64,000 bases of DNA from Candidatus Norongarragalina meridionalis (GTDB taxonomy: Archaea; Micrarchaeota; Micrarchaeia; Norongarragalinales; Norongarragalinaceae): contig CABMDO010000012.1 in NCBI GenBank assembly GCA_902384935.1, positions 1 to 64,000 on the forward strand, given 5' to 3'. The position numbers and the translations under genes are program-made. How positions within the stretch are numbered: the first letter of the stretch is position 1; every line of letters starts with the position of its first letter. The notes under the pieces are model-generated. The model ran no database searches and was not told the origin of the DNA. It saw nothing but the letters and a program-made list of their open reading frames with translations. Shown here piece after piece: positions 45,089 through 53,887 of this stretch.

Positions 45089-46500
45089 GCATCTTCGACA
45101 TCATCAGGCCGATAACGAACCTTCTTCCGGACGTTAAGCGGCCCGAACGCGCTCCAGGTCTGAAGGAGCGCCTGATGTGGACCGTCGCCGCTCTCCTCAT
45201 ATTTTTCTTCCTCGGACAGATTTACCCCATAGGCGTAGACCCGTCCGCGATTTCGCAGCGCTTCGAGCGCCTCGACATCCTTCTCGGAAGCAAAACGGGC
45301 ACGCTCATCACCGCGGGAATCGGGCCCATAGTGCTCGCCAGCATCTTCCTCCAGCTCGCGGTGGGCGCGAAGCTCATCTCTCTTGATTTGAGCAACCCCG
45401 AGAACAAGAAGAAGTTCCAGGGGATGCAGAAGCTCCTCGCGATACTGCTCAGTTTCTTCGAAGCCGGCATCTACACGTTCTCGGGATACATTCCCGCAGG
45501 CCACGCCGCACCGCTATTAGGTTCCCTGGCGGCTACGCAGGTTCTGGTTACGCTGCAGCTCGCGCTCGGTTCCATCATACTCCTTTACCTGGACGAAGTG
45601 GTGCAGAAATGCGGCATCGGTTCGGGTATATCGCTCTTCATCGCCGCGGGAGTGAGCCAGCAGGTGTTCATCAGCTCGTTCAGCTTCATCACCACCGCTA
45701 CGGGCGTGCCCGCGGGCTTGATACCGCAGGTGATCTACTACCTCGCAGCCGGCGACATAATAACCTCGGTGTGGGCGCTCATGCCCATCATATTCACGGT
45801 GATAGTGTTCGCCGCCGTCGTGTACGTGGAAGGCATGAAAATCGAGCTTCCGTTGGCTTACGGGCGCGCACGGGGGCTCGGCGCGCGGTATCCCATCAAG
45901 TTCCTCTACGTTTCCAATATTCCAGTGATTCTCGCGTCCGCGGTCCTCCTGAACATGCAGCTCATCGGAATGTTCGCGGCGAACGCGGGCTTCCCGATTC
46001 TCGGGAATTACCGCAGCAACCAGCCCATAGACGGGCTCGCGTATTACATAACCGCGCTGCCGTCGCCTCTCTTGGTAACCGGAGGATACGCCTCTTACCT
46101 GCAGATGATAATGCAGCCCAACGAAATACTGCACATGTTCGTATACGGCATCGCGCTCGTGCTTCTCTGCGTGGTGTTCGGATGGTTCTGGATAGAGAGC
46201 ACGGGCATGGGCGCGCACGACGTGGCGCTGCAGCTCGAGCGTACGGGGCTCATGATACCCGGGTTCCGCGCGGACCCGCGCGTCACGGAAAAAATCCTCG
46301 ACCGCTACATACCCATCATCACGATTCTGGGCTCCCTCTTCGTGGGAATACTCGCGTGGTTCGCGGACATCACCGGCGCGCTCGGCACGGGCACGGGAAT
46401 CCTCCTGACAGTCGGCATCCTCTACCGTTTCTACGAGGATTTGGCGCAGCAGCAGGTTTTCGAAATGTACCCCGTCCTGAAGAAAATCGTCAGGATGTAA
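45085..46500 (+). CDS. secY: preprotein translocase subunit SecY
   Basis: 471 aa, 10 TM. SecY motifs (..GIGPIVLASIFLQL.., ..LERTGLMIPGFRADPR..). Confidence 0.9.
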   Translation: MSIFDIIRPITNLLPDVKRPERAPGLKERLMWTVAALLIFFFLGQIYPIGVDPSAISQRFERLDILLGSKTGTLITAGIGPIVLASIFLQLAVGAKLISLDLSNPENKKKFQGMQKLLAILLSFFEAGIYTFSGYIPAGHAAPLLGSLAATQVLVTLQLALGSIILLYLDEVVQKCGIGSGISLFIAAGVSQQVFISSFSFITTATGVPAGLIPQVIYYLAAGDIITSVWALMPIIFTVIVFAAVVYVEGMKIELPLAYGRARGLGARYPIKFLYVSNIPVILASAVLLNMQLIGMFAANAGFPILGNYRSNQPIDGLAYYITALPSPLLVTGGYASYLQMIMQPNEILHMFVYGIALVLLCVVFGWFWIESTGMGAHDVALQLERTGLMIPGFRADPRVTEKILDRYIPIITILGSLFVGILAWFADITGALGTGTGILLTVGILYRFYEDLAQQQVFEMYPVLKKIVRM

Positions 46501-46520
46501 GCCGGCGGCTACGTTTTAAA

Positions 46521-46534
46521 TATCCGCATTCCTT
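46521..46534 (+). promoter_or_regulatory. BRE/TATA-like promoter motif GTTTTAAATATCC
   Basis: acgttttaaatatccg lies ~36 nt upstream of the ATG at 46559. Same 13-mer as at 27200. Confidence 0.5.
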
Positions 46535-46558
46535 TCCCTTTACCGTGAGGTGTGCTTC

Positions 46559-47047
46559 ATGAAATTCGCCCTTTTGGTTTTGCTGTCCGTTTCCGTGCTG
46601 CTGCTCGGGTGCGTGACGCAGGATACGTCGCCGGCGCCGACGGAACAGCCTACCGCCGTGCCGACGCAGGTTCCCACCGTGGCGCCTACGGCGATTCCAA
46701 CTGCGGCGCCGACTGTTGTCCCCACGCCGACCGAGATTCCGACGCCCGTCCCGACGATGGTTCCATCGCCCTCTCCCGCCAGCATCGGACCGACCGCATC
46801 CGTCCTGATACAGAATTTCGCTTTCAGCCCGCCGACGCTCAACATCGCCGTCGGAACAACGGTCACGTGGACCAACAACGACGACACCAAGCACGTCATA
46901 TCGTCGGTCCAGGGCGCTCCCTCGTCGTTCTTTTCCGAGCCACTCAACAAGGGCAGCTCGTTCTCCGTGACGTTCAACCACACGGGCTCCTACGGCTACT
47001 ATTGCACCGTCCATCCGTCGATGATGGGGAACGTCATAGTGAGCTGA
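46559..47047 (+). CDS. type-1 (blue) copper lipoprotein, plastocyanin/halocyanin-like
   Basis: Signal plus lipobox LLLGC. Pro/Thr-rich linker (TAVPTQVPTVAPTAIPTAAPTVVPTPTEIPTPVPT). Cupredoxin ligands H (..DTKHVI..) and C-x2-H-x3-M (YYCTVHPSMMGNV). Confidence 0.65.
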   Translation: MKFALLVLLSVSVLLLGCVTQDTSPAPTEQPTAVPTQVPTVAPTAIPTAAPTVVPTPTEIPTPVPTMVPSPSPASIGPTASVLIQNFAFSPPTLNIAVGTTVTWTNNDDTKHVISSVQGAPSSFFSEPLNKGSSFSVTFNHTGSYGYYCTVHPSMMGNVIVS

Positions 47048-47053
47048 GATGGA

Positions 47054-47266
47054 ATGTTCCGTGAAATAACGTATTCGCTGGTTTTCGGCAAACCCCTGAT
47101 AATGTGGATGGGCTTGCTCGTGCTGCTGTGCGTGCTCGCCACCGCGACCATGGGTTTCCTGGCGCTGAAAGGGAAGGCGTCCATCGAAACGCACAAGCGC
47201 GTCGCCATAGCGACGATAGCGCTCGCGCTACTGCACGGAACCCTCGGCATACTCGCGTACTTCTGA
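47054..47266 (+). CDS. small 2-TM membrane protein
   Basis: 70 aa with two hydrophobic helices. Co-oriented directly after the cupredoxin gene. Confidence 0.4.
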   Translation: MFREITYSLVFGKPLIMWMGLLVLLCVLATATMGFLALKGKASIETHKRVAIATIALALLHGTLGILAYF

Positions 47267-47283
47267 CGCGTACCGCCTTCGTC

Positions 47284-47297
47284 GGTTTTAAATATTG
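47284..47297 (+). promoter_or_regulatory. BRE/TATA-like motif GTTTTAAATATTG
   Basis: ggttttaaatattg lies ~40 nt upstream of the ATG at 47328. Confidence 0.45.
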
Positions 47298-47327
47298 CGG
47301 CGCCTTACAGCTAATCGGGGGAATTCT

Positions 47328-48027
47328 TATGCTGCGTATCGCCTTGATAGGCGGCGGAGGAGTGGGCAAAAGCACGCTAGCCTACGCTTTTTCCTCTTAC
47401 TGCCGCAAGCAGGGGGTTTCCGTGGCGATAGCGAACCTCGACCCCGGATGCAAGCACATCAAGTATACGCCTGCGTTCGATGTGCGCAAGTATTATTCGC
47501 TCGACAAAATCATGCGCTCCGCCGAGCTCGGGCCGAACGGCGCGCTGAAGCGTATCCACAATTCGCTCCTCTCGAACAAAAAGGCGATGAAGGAGCTCGG
47601 CGCGGTAGAGTCGGACTTCGTTTTCATCGACACCGCGGGTTCGCTGGAGCTTTTCCTCACCGAGGGCGGGGCGGATTTTCTCGAGCAATCCGCCGACTTG
47701 GTGCTTTTCGTCTGCGACAACGAAGCGGCGCAGTCCGAGGACGACATGGTGCTGCTGAAGGCGATAAACGCCATCCAGCGCCTGAAATACTGCCTTCCCA
47801 CTCTGACGGTTATAAACAAAGGCGATTTGCTGACGCGGCGAAAACAGAAAAACGGGCAGACCGTGCTCGGGGGAATGGCTGCGGTGAACGCGCATCTGCG
47901 CGCGTTGCTATCGGAAGTGGGCAAGCGCGAGCGTTTGCTCGTGGTAAGCGCGGTGGAGCGCCGCGGGTTCGGGGAGCTCTTCGACGCGATAAACGAAAGC
48001 AAATGCGAGTGCGGCGATTTGGAGTGA
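47328..48027 (+). CDS. GPN-loop GTPase (XAB1/PAB0955 family)
   Basis: P-loop GGGGVGKST, the diagnostic ELGPNGAL (GPN loop), and DTAG. ~230 aa. Confidence 0.7.
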
Positions 48028-48043
48028 CGCGAAAGAACTGTAT

Positions 48044-48406
48044 GTGGTGTGTGTGATGGACTGGGTTTTGATCGGAACGCTTTTGAGGCTGGCGTCGCTG
48101 GTGATGGCGGCCATCGTGGCGATATACGCCTTGGCTGCCGCCATGAATTATCGCCGCGGCGGACGGATGATGGCGTCGATTATAATCGTGGCATTGCTCA
48201 TCGGCATGGCGGCGTTGTTCGAGGACGGGAACGATAGGGCGACTATGTCCTACGCCGCGCACGTAGGCGCGCTCGCGCTCGCGCTGCTCGTGCTCATGTT
48301 CGCGCTCAGGGGGTACATACACCGTTCCATACGCGAGAAAATGGAGGAAGAAAAACATGGAATGCCAAACATGCGGCAAAAACGCCGTAGGCGAAGGACT
48401 GGTTGA
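48044..48406 (+). CDS. small membrane protein
   Basis: 3 hydrophobic helices and a basic tail (RQKRRRRRTG). Confidence 0.4.
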   Translation: MVCVMDWVLIGTLLRLASLVMAAIVAIYALAAAMNYRRGGRMMASIIIVALLIGMAALFEDGNDRATMSYAAHVGALALALLVLMFALRGYIHRSIREKMEEEKHGMPNMRQKRRRRRTG

Positions 48407-48815
48407 AGGCGCGCGCGTCCCGTTGTGCGAGCGTTGCTCTGGTTACGCCGACGACTTTTCGTACTACGCGCCGCCGAAAACCTCTAAGAAACAGCCGAAC
48501 ACGCTTCCAGCGAAGGCAATCCGCGTTTCGCGCGAAATAGCGTACGATTACGGCAAAATCATCGCCAAGGCGCGCGATGCGAGGGGAATGACGCGCAAGG
48601 AACTCGCCGCGAAACTGTTCATCCACGAGAACGAGCTCGCCTCGTTCGAGGAAGGCAGGATAAAGCCGTCGGAAACGCTGGCGAAGAAAATCGAGTTCGC
48701 TCTCGGCGTTAAGCTGTTCGAGGAAATAGAGGTGGATGCGGAAGCGAAAGCCGCCGCATCGAAGAAGGACGGCGGGGTTTCGCTCGCGGACGTGCTCGAA
48801 GTCAAGAAGCGCTGA
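48357..48815 (+). CDS. mbf1: multiprotein-bridging factor 1 (zinc ribbon plus XRE HTH)
   Basis: MECQTCGKNAVGEG...LCERCSG followed by an HTH (..RDARGMTRKELAAKLFIHENELASFEEG..). Confidence 0.7.
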   Translation: MECQTCGKNAVGEGLVEGARVPLCERCSGYADDFSYYAPPKTSKKQPNTLPAKAIRVSREIAYDYGKIIAKARDARGMTRKELAAKLFIHENELASFEEGRIKPSETLAKKIEFALGVKLFEEIEVDAEAKAAASKKDGGVSLADVLEVKKR

Positions 48816-49331
48816 TCACTCGACGCTTATAGTCTTCGCGCCCTTCTCGGGATTCTTCTTTTTCAGGATTACCTCGAGGATTCCGTTCTTCAGTTTCGCC
48901 TTGGCGCTCTCTTTCAGCACCCTGGCGGGCAGGGATATGCGCTTCGCGAAGCGTTGTTGCGGGTCGGTTACCTCGACGTCGAGCGCGTTTTCGGTTGTGA
49001 TGAGCTTCAGGTGCTCCTTCGCAACTCCGGGAAGCTCCACTATTACCGTGATTTCCTTCTCGCCGTTCAGCACGTCGACGAGGGGTTCGCGTTCGTCCTT
49101 GACTTTCCCGCGCTCGACGTTCCCGAACTGGGAAACCTGCGGCTTGCCGTCCTGCCCGACGCGCATGCTGAACCCGTAAACCATGGGTTTGCCGGGCTGG
49201 GGGGTGCCGCCTGTTTTCTGCATCCGCTCCATGTCCGCCAGCATCTTCTCGAAAATCTCGTCTATGTCCCCGAATCCCGGGAAGAAGTCGTCGTCAAAGG
49301 GCTGCCTCCTGCTGCGCTTCATAAGTACCAC
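48816..49331 (-). CDS. hsp20: small heat-shock protein (Hsp20/alpha-crystallin)
   Basis: ACD: ..VDVLNGEKEITVIVELPGVAKEHLKL...AKLKNGILEVILKK. Confidence 0.75.
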   Translation of the reverse strand: MVLMKRSRRQPFDDDFFPGFGDIDEIFEKMLADMERMQKTGGTPQPGKPMVYGFSMRVGQDGKPQVSQFGNVERGKVKDEREPLVDVLNGEKEITVIVELPGVAKEHLKLITTENALDVEVTDPQQRFAKRISLPARVLKESAKAKLKNGILEVILKKKNPEKGAKTISVE

Positions 49332-49384
49332 CGAAACCCCTACGCCGCAAAACTATTTAAGCGTTTGGCGGGTTCATTTCCATT

Positions 49385-49900
49385 ATGATAGAAATCACGG
49401 TTTACGGAAGGGGCGGGCAAGGCTGCGTTACCTGCGCCGAGGTACTGGCTATGGCGGGCTTCAACGACGGCAGGAAGGCGCAGGCGTTCCCCGCGTTCGG
49501 CGTGGAGCGCACCGGCGCGCCGATACGCGCGTTCTGCCGCTTCGACGACAAGCCCATACGCCTGCATCAGCACGTTTACGCGCCCGACTACGCCATAGTG
49601 CTCGACGATACGCTCTCGGGGTACTTCAACGACGTGAAGAAAGGCGGCATCGTCGTAATCGCCACCAAGAAGCCGCCGAAGCCTCCTGCAGGCATAAAAG
49701 TGGTCGCCGTGGACGCCTATGATATCGCCCGCCGCGAAATAGGGAAGCCAATCGTGAACGTGGCGGTGCTGGGCGCTTTTGCCAAGGCAACGGGCTTGGT
49801 TTCAAAGGAAGCGCTTGAGAAGGCGATTGCCCAGCGTTTCCCCAAGGAGCTTGCGGAGAAGAACGCCGCCGCGATGCGCAAGTGCTACTCGATGGTTTGA
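49385..49900 (+). CDS. porG: 2-oxoacid:ferredoxin oxidoreductase gamma subunit (PorG-like)
   Basis: MIEITVYGRGGQGCVTCAEVLAMA.. matches the POR gamma family. Confidence 0.65.
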   Translation: MIEITVYGRGGQGCVTCAEVLAMAGFNDGRKAQAFPAFGVERTGAPIRAFCRFDDKPIRLHQHVYAPDYAIVLDDTLSGYFNDVKKGGIVVIATKKPPKPPAGIKVVAVDAYDIARREIGKPIVNVAVLGAFAKATGLVSKEALEKAIAQRFPKELAEKNAAAMRKCYSMV

Positions 49901-49903
49901 GAA

Positions 49904-50650
49904 ATGGTCGCGCTTAAAAAAATCGTTTCCTTCCTCGACAAGGAGCTGCGCGTCCGCGGCATGGAGGAAGATTCGCTGAACGGACTGCAGTTCAAGGGCG
50001 CGCCGGAAGTTTCCACCGTTTCCTTCGCAGTCGACGCGTGCCTTTCCTCCTTTGAAAAAGCCCGCGGCGAGCTTCTGATAGTGCATCACGGCATGTTCTG
50101 GAAGAAAGCGATGCCGATCAAGATGGACGCGATGTGGAAGAAACGCTTCGCAACTCTGAAGAAAAAGCGGCTGTCGGTTTACGCGGCTCATCTCCCGCTT
50201 GATGCGCATCCCGTTCTCGGAAACAACGCCGAGATGGCGAGGCGGCTCGGCGTGAAAAAACTGCGTCCTTTTGCGGAATATGACGGCATAAGATGCGGTT
50301 TGACGGGAGAACTGCCCAAGGCGATTCCGCTTGCCGAACTCGCGCGAAAGGTGGAAAAGGCGGTTGGCGGAAAGGCGAGGGTGTTCGCGTTAGGAAAGAA
50401 GAACGTGAAACGCGTAGGGCTTATTACCGGCGGAGGAGGGTTCGGCGTTCTCGACGCGAAATGCGGGGACGTACTCGTTACGGGCGAGTTCGGGCATTCG
50501 AAATATCATTTCGCGAAGGAAAAGGGAATCAACGTCATAGCCGCGGGGCATTACAAGACGGAAAAGCTGGGCTTGGAAGCGCTTGAAAAGGAAATGCGCA
50601 GGCGCTTCGGCGTTAAGACGGAATTCGTTGAGTCGCCGACAGGACTTTGA
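49904..50650 (+). CDS. Nif3-family dinuclear metal centre protein (GTP cyclohydrolase 1 type 2 homolog)
   Basis: MVALKKIVSFLDKEL..DSLNGLQF...ELLIVHHGMFWK...YAAHLPLDAH. Confidence 0.7.
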   Translation: MVALKKIVSFLDKELRVRGMEEDSLNGLQFKGAPEVSTVSFAVDACLSSFEKARGELLIVHHGMFWKKAMPIKMDAMWKKRFATLKKKRLSVYAAHLPLDAHPVLGNNAEMARRLGVKKLRPFAEYDGIRCGLTGELPKAIPLAELARKVEKAVGGKARVFALGKKNVKRVGLITGGGGFGVLDAKCGDVLVTGEFGHSKYHFAKEKGINVIAAGHYKTEKLGLEALEKEMRRRFGVKTEFVESPTGL

Positions 50651-50711
50651 TTTTCGCGGGGGGAGGTTCGGTGGAGTAAGCACCGGAGGGGGCGAAGCCC
50701 CTTCCCGCGGC

Positions 50712-51941
50712 TTACTCGCCCTTCTTCTGAAGATACTTGAAGTAGGCGTAAGCGAGGACTACGAAAAGCAGGACGAGCAGGATGGGCCCGAAGTCCGTAT
50801 TCTGCTGCGCGGGCGTCGGTGTCGCGCTCGCAGCCACGCATTTCCGGTTGTACGTGCCCTGTATCGTGCTTGCGAGGGATTGCGCCTGCGGAAGCAGCTG
50901 CGCCATCTTGGAATAGGCGTCAGACGTTCCCTTCGTCCTGTAGTATTCGATGTCCGCCCAATTCCGCTTGAACGTCGTTACCTGCGAGCCGAGGTTCTTG
51001 TCGCACGCCTTCAGCACGGATTCGCTCGAGATTATGTAATTCGCCGTTTGCTGGAGCGCGTCGTACGACTCCAGCGCTTCCTTGCGGGTTTTGCGGAAGA
51101 AGAACGACGCGGTTGAGTCGTTCACCCACCTGTCCTCGTTGTTGAGAAGCGACTGCATGCCGGTGCGCGGGTCCTGAGAAGCGAATTTCGCGTAAAGCGA
51201 CGACAGCCCTATGTCGCGCATGTTTTCGAGGCTGTTGTATATGCTGTCGCTGTCGGGCGCCTTTATGCCCGAGCGGGAAACCTGGGATTGCAGTTCCGTG
51301 ATGCTCTGCGAGTACGTGTTGTAAGCGTCGAAAATCCCGAACAAGCCGTCGTACGCGGTTCCGTACGTGTCGAGGACGTAGGGAAGCTCGGAAGCCGCGT
51401 AGGAATCCTCAAAGGACTGCCACATCTGCGAACCGTCCTGCAGCGTCGGCAGCACGTCGTTCTCCAAATCCGACACGCGCTGAAGATTGGTTTCAACCGC
51501 GTCGAACGAAAGCGTCGGGTATTTCGCCTCGGTCTGCGCCCTCAAGTCCGAAAGCTTGTTCTGGTTCTGCATCACCACGCCGGCGCTTGATTGCACGACG
51601 GGCATAATCACGTCGAAGGAATACTTGTTCTTCTCCACGTATTCGTCGATTATGCGCATCTTGTAAAGCGCCGCAGCCGCGGTCGAAAGCCGCGTTTCGT
51701 CCGTTACGAGCGCGCCGTTATCGTCGTCAACCGCGATCAGCACCTTCTTCGGCGAGTATATCGAGTAGAAGTAAAGCCAGTATATTCCGCTTCCCACCTC
51801 CATGGGTTTGCTGAGCAGAAGGATGTCGCTGTCGCTGCCGATGTAAGGGGAGGCGATTGTCTGCGCCTCGTCGCTCGAAATGGCGGCGAAAACAAGCGGC
51901 GCGGAAACCACCGCCAGCATGAGCAACAGTTTTCCGTTCAT
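50712..51941 (-). CDS. secreted pilus-locus protein with signal peptide and C-terminal TM anchor
   Basis: MNGKLLLMLAVVSAPLVFAAISS signal. C-terminus ..ATPTPAQQNTDFGPILLVLLFVVLAYAYFKYLQKKGE (Thr/Pro linker, TM, basic). Last gene of the 7-gene minus-strand cluster. Confidence 0.5.
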   Translation of the reverse strand: MNGKLLLMLAVVSAPLVFAAISSDEAQTIASPYIGSDSDILLLSKPMEVGSGIYWLYFYSIYSPKKVLIAVDDDNGALVTDETRLSTAAAALYKMRIIDEYVEKNKYSFDVIMPVVQSSAGVVMQNQNKLSDLRAQTEAKYPTLSFDAVETNLQRVSDLENDVLPTLQDGSQMWQSFEDSYAASELPYVLDTYGTAYDGLFGIFDAYNTYSQSITELQSQVSRSGIKAPDSDSIYNSLENMRDIGLSSLYAKFASQDPRTGMQSLLNNEDRWVNDSTASFFFRKTRKEALESYDALQQTANYIISSESVLKACDKNLGSQVTTFKRNWADIEYYRTKGTSDAYSKMAQLLPQAQSLASTIQGTYNRKCVAASATPTPAQQNTDFGPILLVLLFVVLAYAYFKYLQKKGE

Positions 51942-51995
51942 TTTCCTTCGAGGACTCTAACTAACCGCGAATATAAAAACAAATTCCTTGAGGGA

Positions 51996-52592
51996 TTATC
52001 CGCGCTTCGGCTTCTTCGGCCGCAGGCTGGAAACGGCGCCGTCCATGGCGGAAGCCGCGGGATTCGCCGAGAGGAATGGCGCGAACGGGGTGGCTGTCCT
52101 CATGCTGGGGAACCAGAAGTTCCACGCGACGTAAATCAGCACCTCTGGCGGGGTCGTGCTGGGCTGCTGCCCGAAATTTTTGATGGGTGGGCATTCGGCA
52201 ATCGCCCAGTCGCTCGTGTTGGAGGTGAACTCGCCCGCGTTGAGCGTGACGCTCTGCTTGAAGTGCCAGCTGTACTGCGGCCCTGGCTTTACGCCGTTGC
52301 CCACGTCGGTGAACTGTTCGTAGCAGTTGAGCGTCGCGGCGTAGGGCGGCACCGGATTGAACGACTGCAGCTCCACCTTGAACATCTTCAGTTGCTGCGG
52401 GATTCCGGGCGGGGCGATGGAGTAAATCCAGCCGTGGTTCGGGCCGTCGACGCAGAGCCACGCCTGGTAGAGCCACGCGCCGTTGAGCATGTCGTGCTCC
52501 AGCGCGCACGCCGGAGTTGCGTAAACGAGCGGCAGAGCCGCGACTAGCGCGAAAACAGCCAGCAAATGCCCAGACTCCATTATATCCCCCAA
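51996..52592 (-). CDS. secreted protein (pilus locus)
   Basis: Signal LLAVFALVAALPLVYATPACA. Trp/Pro/Asn-rich. Confidence 0.45.
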   Translation of the reverse strand: MGDIMESGHLLAVFALVAALPLVYATPACALEHDMLNGAWLYQAWLCVDGPNHGWIYSIAPPGIPQQLKMFKVELQSFNPVPPYAATLNCYEQFTDVGNGVKPGPQYSWHFKQSVTLNAGEFTSNTSDWAIAECPPIKNFGQQPSTTPPEVLIYVAWNFWFPSMRTATPFAPFLSANPAASAMDGAVSSLRPKKPKRG

Positions 52593-52643
52593 TGGATGTT
52601 CGGAACTAATCTGCTATATAAAGGGCATCTCGGCTGTTCGCGC

Positions 52644-52868
52644 TCACGGTCCGAGCGTCTGGTTCGTCAGGTTGCCCGTGAGGTTGTGTATCGTGCCGCT
52701 GCCGTTGGCGATTTCGCCGCCGGCGCTCGGGAACAGCCCGCCGCGCACTATCACGAGAAGCAGGACGATGAAAAGCAGCACTCCCGCTACGAGTATGACG
52801 TATTCGAGCGCGGTCTGGCCCTTTACACGACGCATGCCGCCGCATGCGTCAAACAAGGTGCGGCGCAT
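52644..52868 (-). CDS. class III signal peptide pilin-like protein (archaeal type IV pilin / Flp-like)
   Basis: MRRVKGQ|TALEYVILVAGVLLFIVLLLVIV (KGQ cleavage motif plus conserved E+5). Start ATG 52868 or Met 52835. Confidence 0.6.
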   Translation of the reverse strand: MRRTLFDACGGMRRVKGQTALEYVILVAGVLLFIVLLLVIVRGGLFPSAGGEIANGSGTIHNLTGNLTNQTLGP

Positions 52869-52870
52869 CT

Positions 52871-52978
52871 TCAAGCAGCCATTACGTTAGTCTTTATGAG
52901 GTACGCGACGGCGCTGACAAGGACGACTGTAGCCGTTATCAGCAGCGTGTACTCCATTGCGGTTTGTCCCTTCAGCAT
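52871..52978 (-). CDS. minor class III signal peptide pilin-like protein (35 aa)
   Basis: MLKGQ|TAMEYTLLITATVVLVSAVAYLIKTNVMAA. Not in the ORF track. Overlaps the end of the upstream T2SSF gene. Coordinates +-1. Confidence 0.5.
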   Translation of the reverse strand: MLKGQTAMEYTLLITATVVLVSAVAYLIKTNVMAA

Positions 52979-53886
52979 ACCAATCCCTTCCCTCCGACTA
53001 TGGAGAGGCTAAGCCATTTTCCCATCTCGTATATCAGGAGACAGGCAAGAACCATCAGAGGAACATACAATATATACCTTGCTATCTTTCCCTCGCGGAT
53101 TATGCCTATGGCGAAGGACGCGATGAGCGTCTGGAGCACCAGGAAGACGGTAAGCAGCGTGTTCAAATCGCACATGTTCAGCTGCCCCGCGCCCGGCATG
53201 GCGCCGGAAATCCCGACGTTTATGTAATTGACGATGCTCAGCGTGAATCCGAAGATGAAGGGCGAGAGGAATACCGAGGAAACGCTGAGGAAGAGCACGT
53301 GCATCGTGGTGCGCGAGTGGCGCTCGCGCTTGATTCTGAGGACATCGCGCGCGTCCTCGGAAATCTCCGCCATCACCTGCGCTACCCCCGCGCCTGCGCG
53401 TTTCGCGTCGACCACTATGGTCGCGGTGCGCCTGAACAGCGTGGAGCCGGAATTGTTGGCGCAATCAAGAAGCACGTCGTCGAACGTTTTTCCTTCGCGT
53501 AATTGGTGGAGCGAGCGCAGCAGATCCGCGCTGAGCGGGCCGTAGTCGGCGTGCGCCACCTCGTCCAGCGCGCTTTCGACTGTTCCGCCCGCCTTCAGCA
53601 CGAGCGCCATGTGCTTCAGCGCGTCGGGCAGCGCCGCGTCGATAGCGTCTATGCGGCTGTTGCGTATGCTTATCGGAATCGTGAGAGAAAGGCTCAATAT
53701 CGCGATGAACGCCATGCCCGAAACTATCGGGTTCAGCTTCAGCATCGAAAGGAGGAGGGCAGTCGCTACCGCGACGACGAAGAACATCCCCACGAAAAGT
53801 TCGAAAGCGAACGTGAACCCCGTCGCGGCGTAGTAGCGCCTCATCTCGGCGTATTTTTCTCCGACGTACACGATGGGGTTTTTCAT
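52972..53886 (-). CDS. T2SS-F-domain membrane protein (TadB/TadC-like, single domain)
   Basis: 304 aa. One GspF-like cytoplasmic domain (..LPDALKHMALVLKAGGTVESALDEVA..) flanked by TM blocks. Confidence 0.6.
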   Translation of the reverse strand: MKNPIVYVGEKYAEMRRYYAATGFTFAFELFVGMFFVVAVATALLLSMLKLNPIVSGMAFIAILSLSLTIPISIRNSRIDAIDAALPDALKHMALVLKAGGTVESALDEVAHADYGPLSADLLRSLHQLREGKTFDDVLLDCANNSGSTLFRRTATIVVDAKRAGAGVAQVMAEISEDARDVLRIKRERHSRTTMHVLFLSVSSVFLSPFIFGFTLSIVNYINVGISGAMPGAGQLNMCDLNTLLTVFLVLQTLIASFAIGIIREGKIARYILYVPLMVLACLLIYEMGKWLSLSIVGGKGLVC

Positions 53887-53887
53887 G

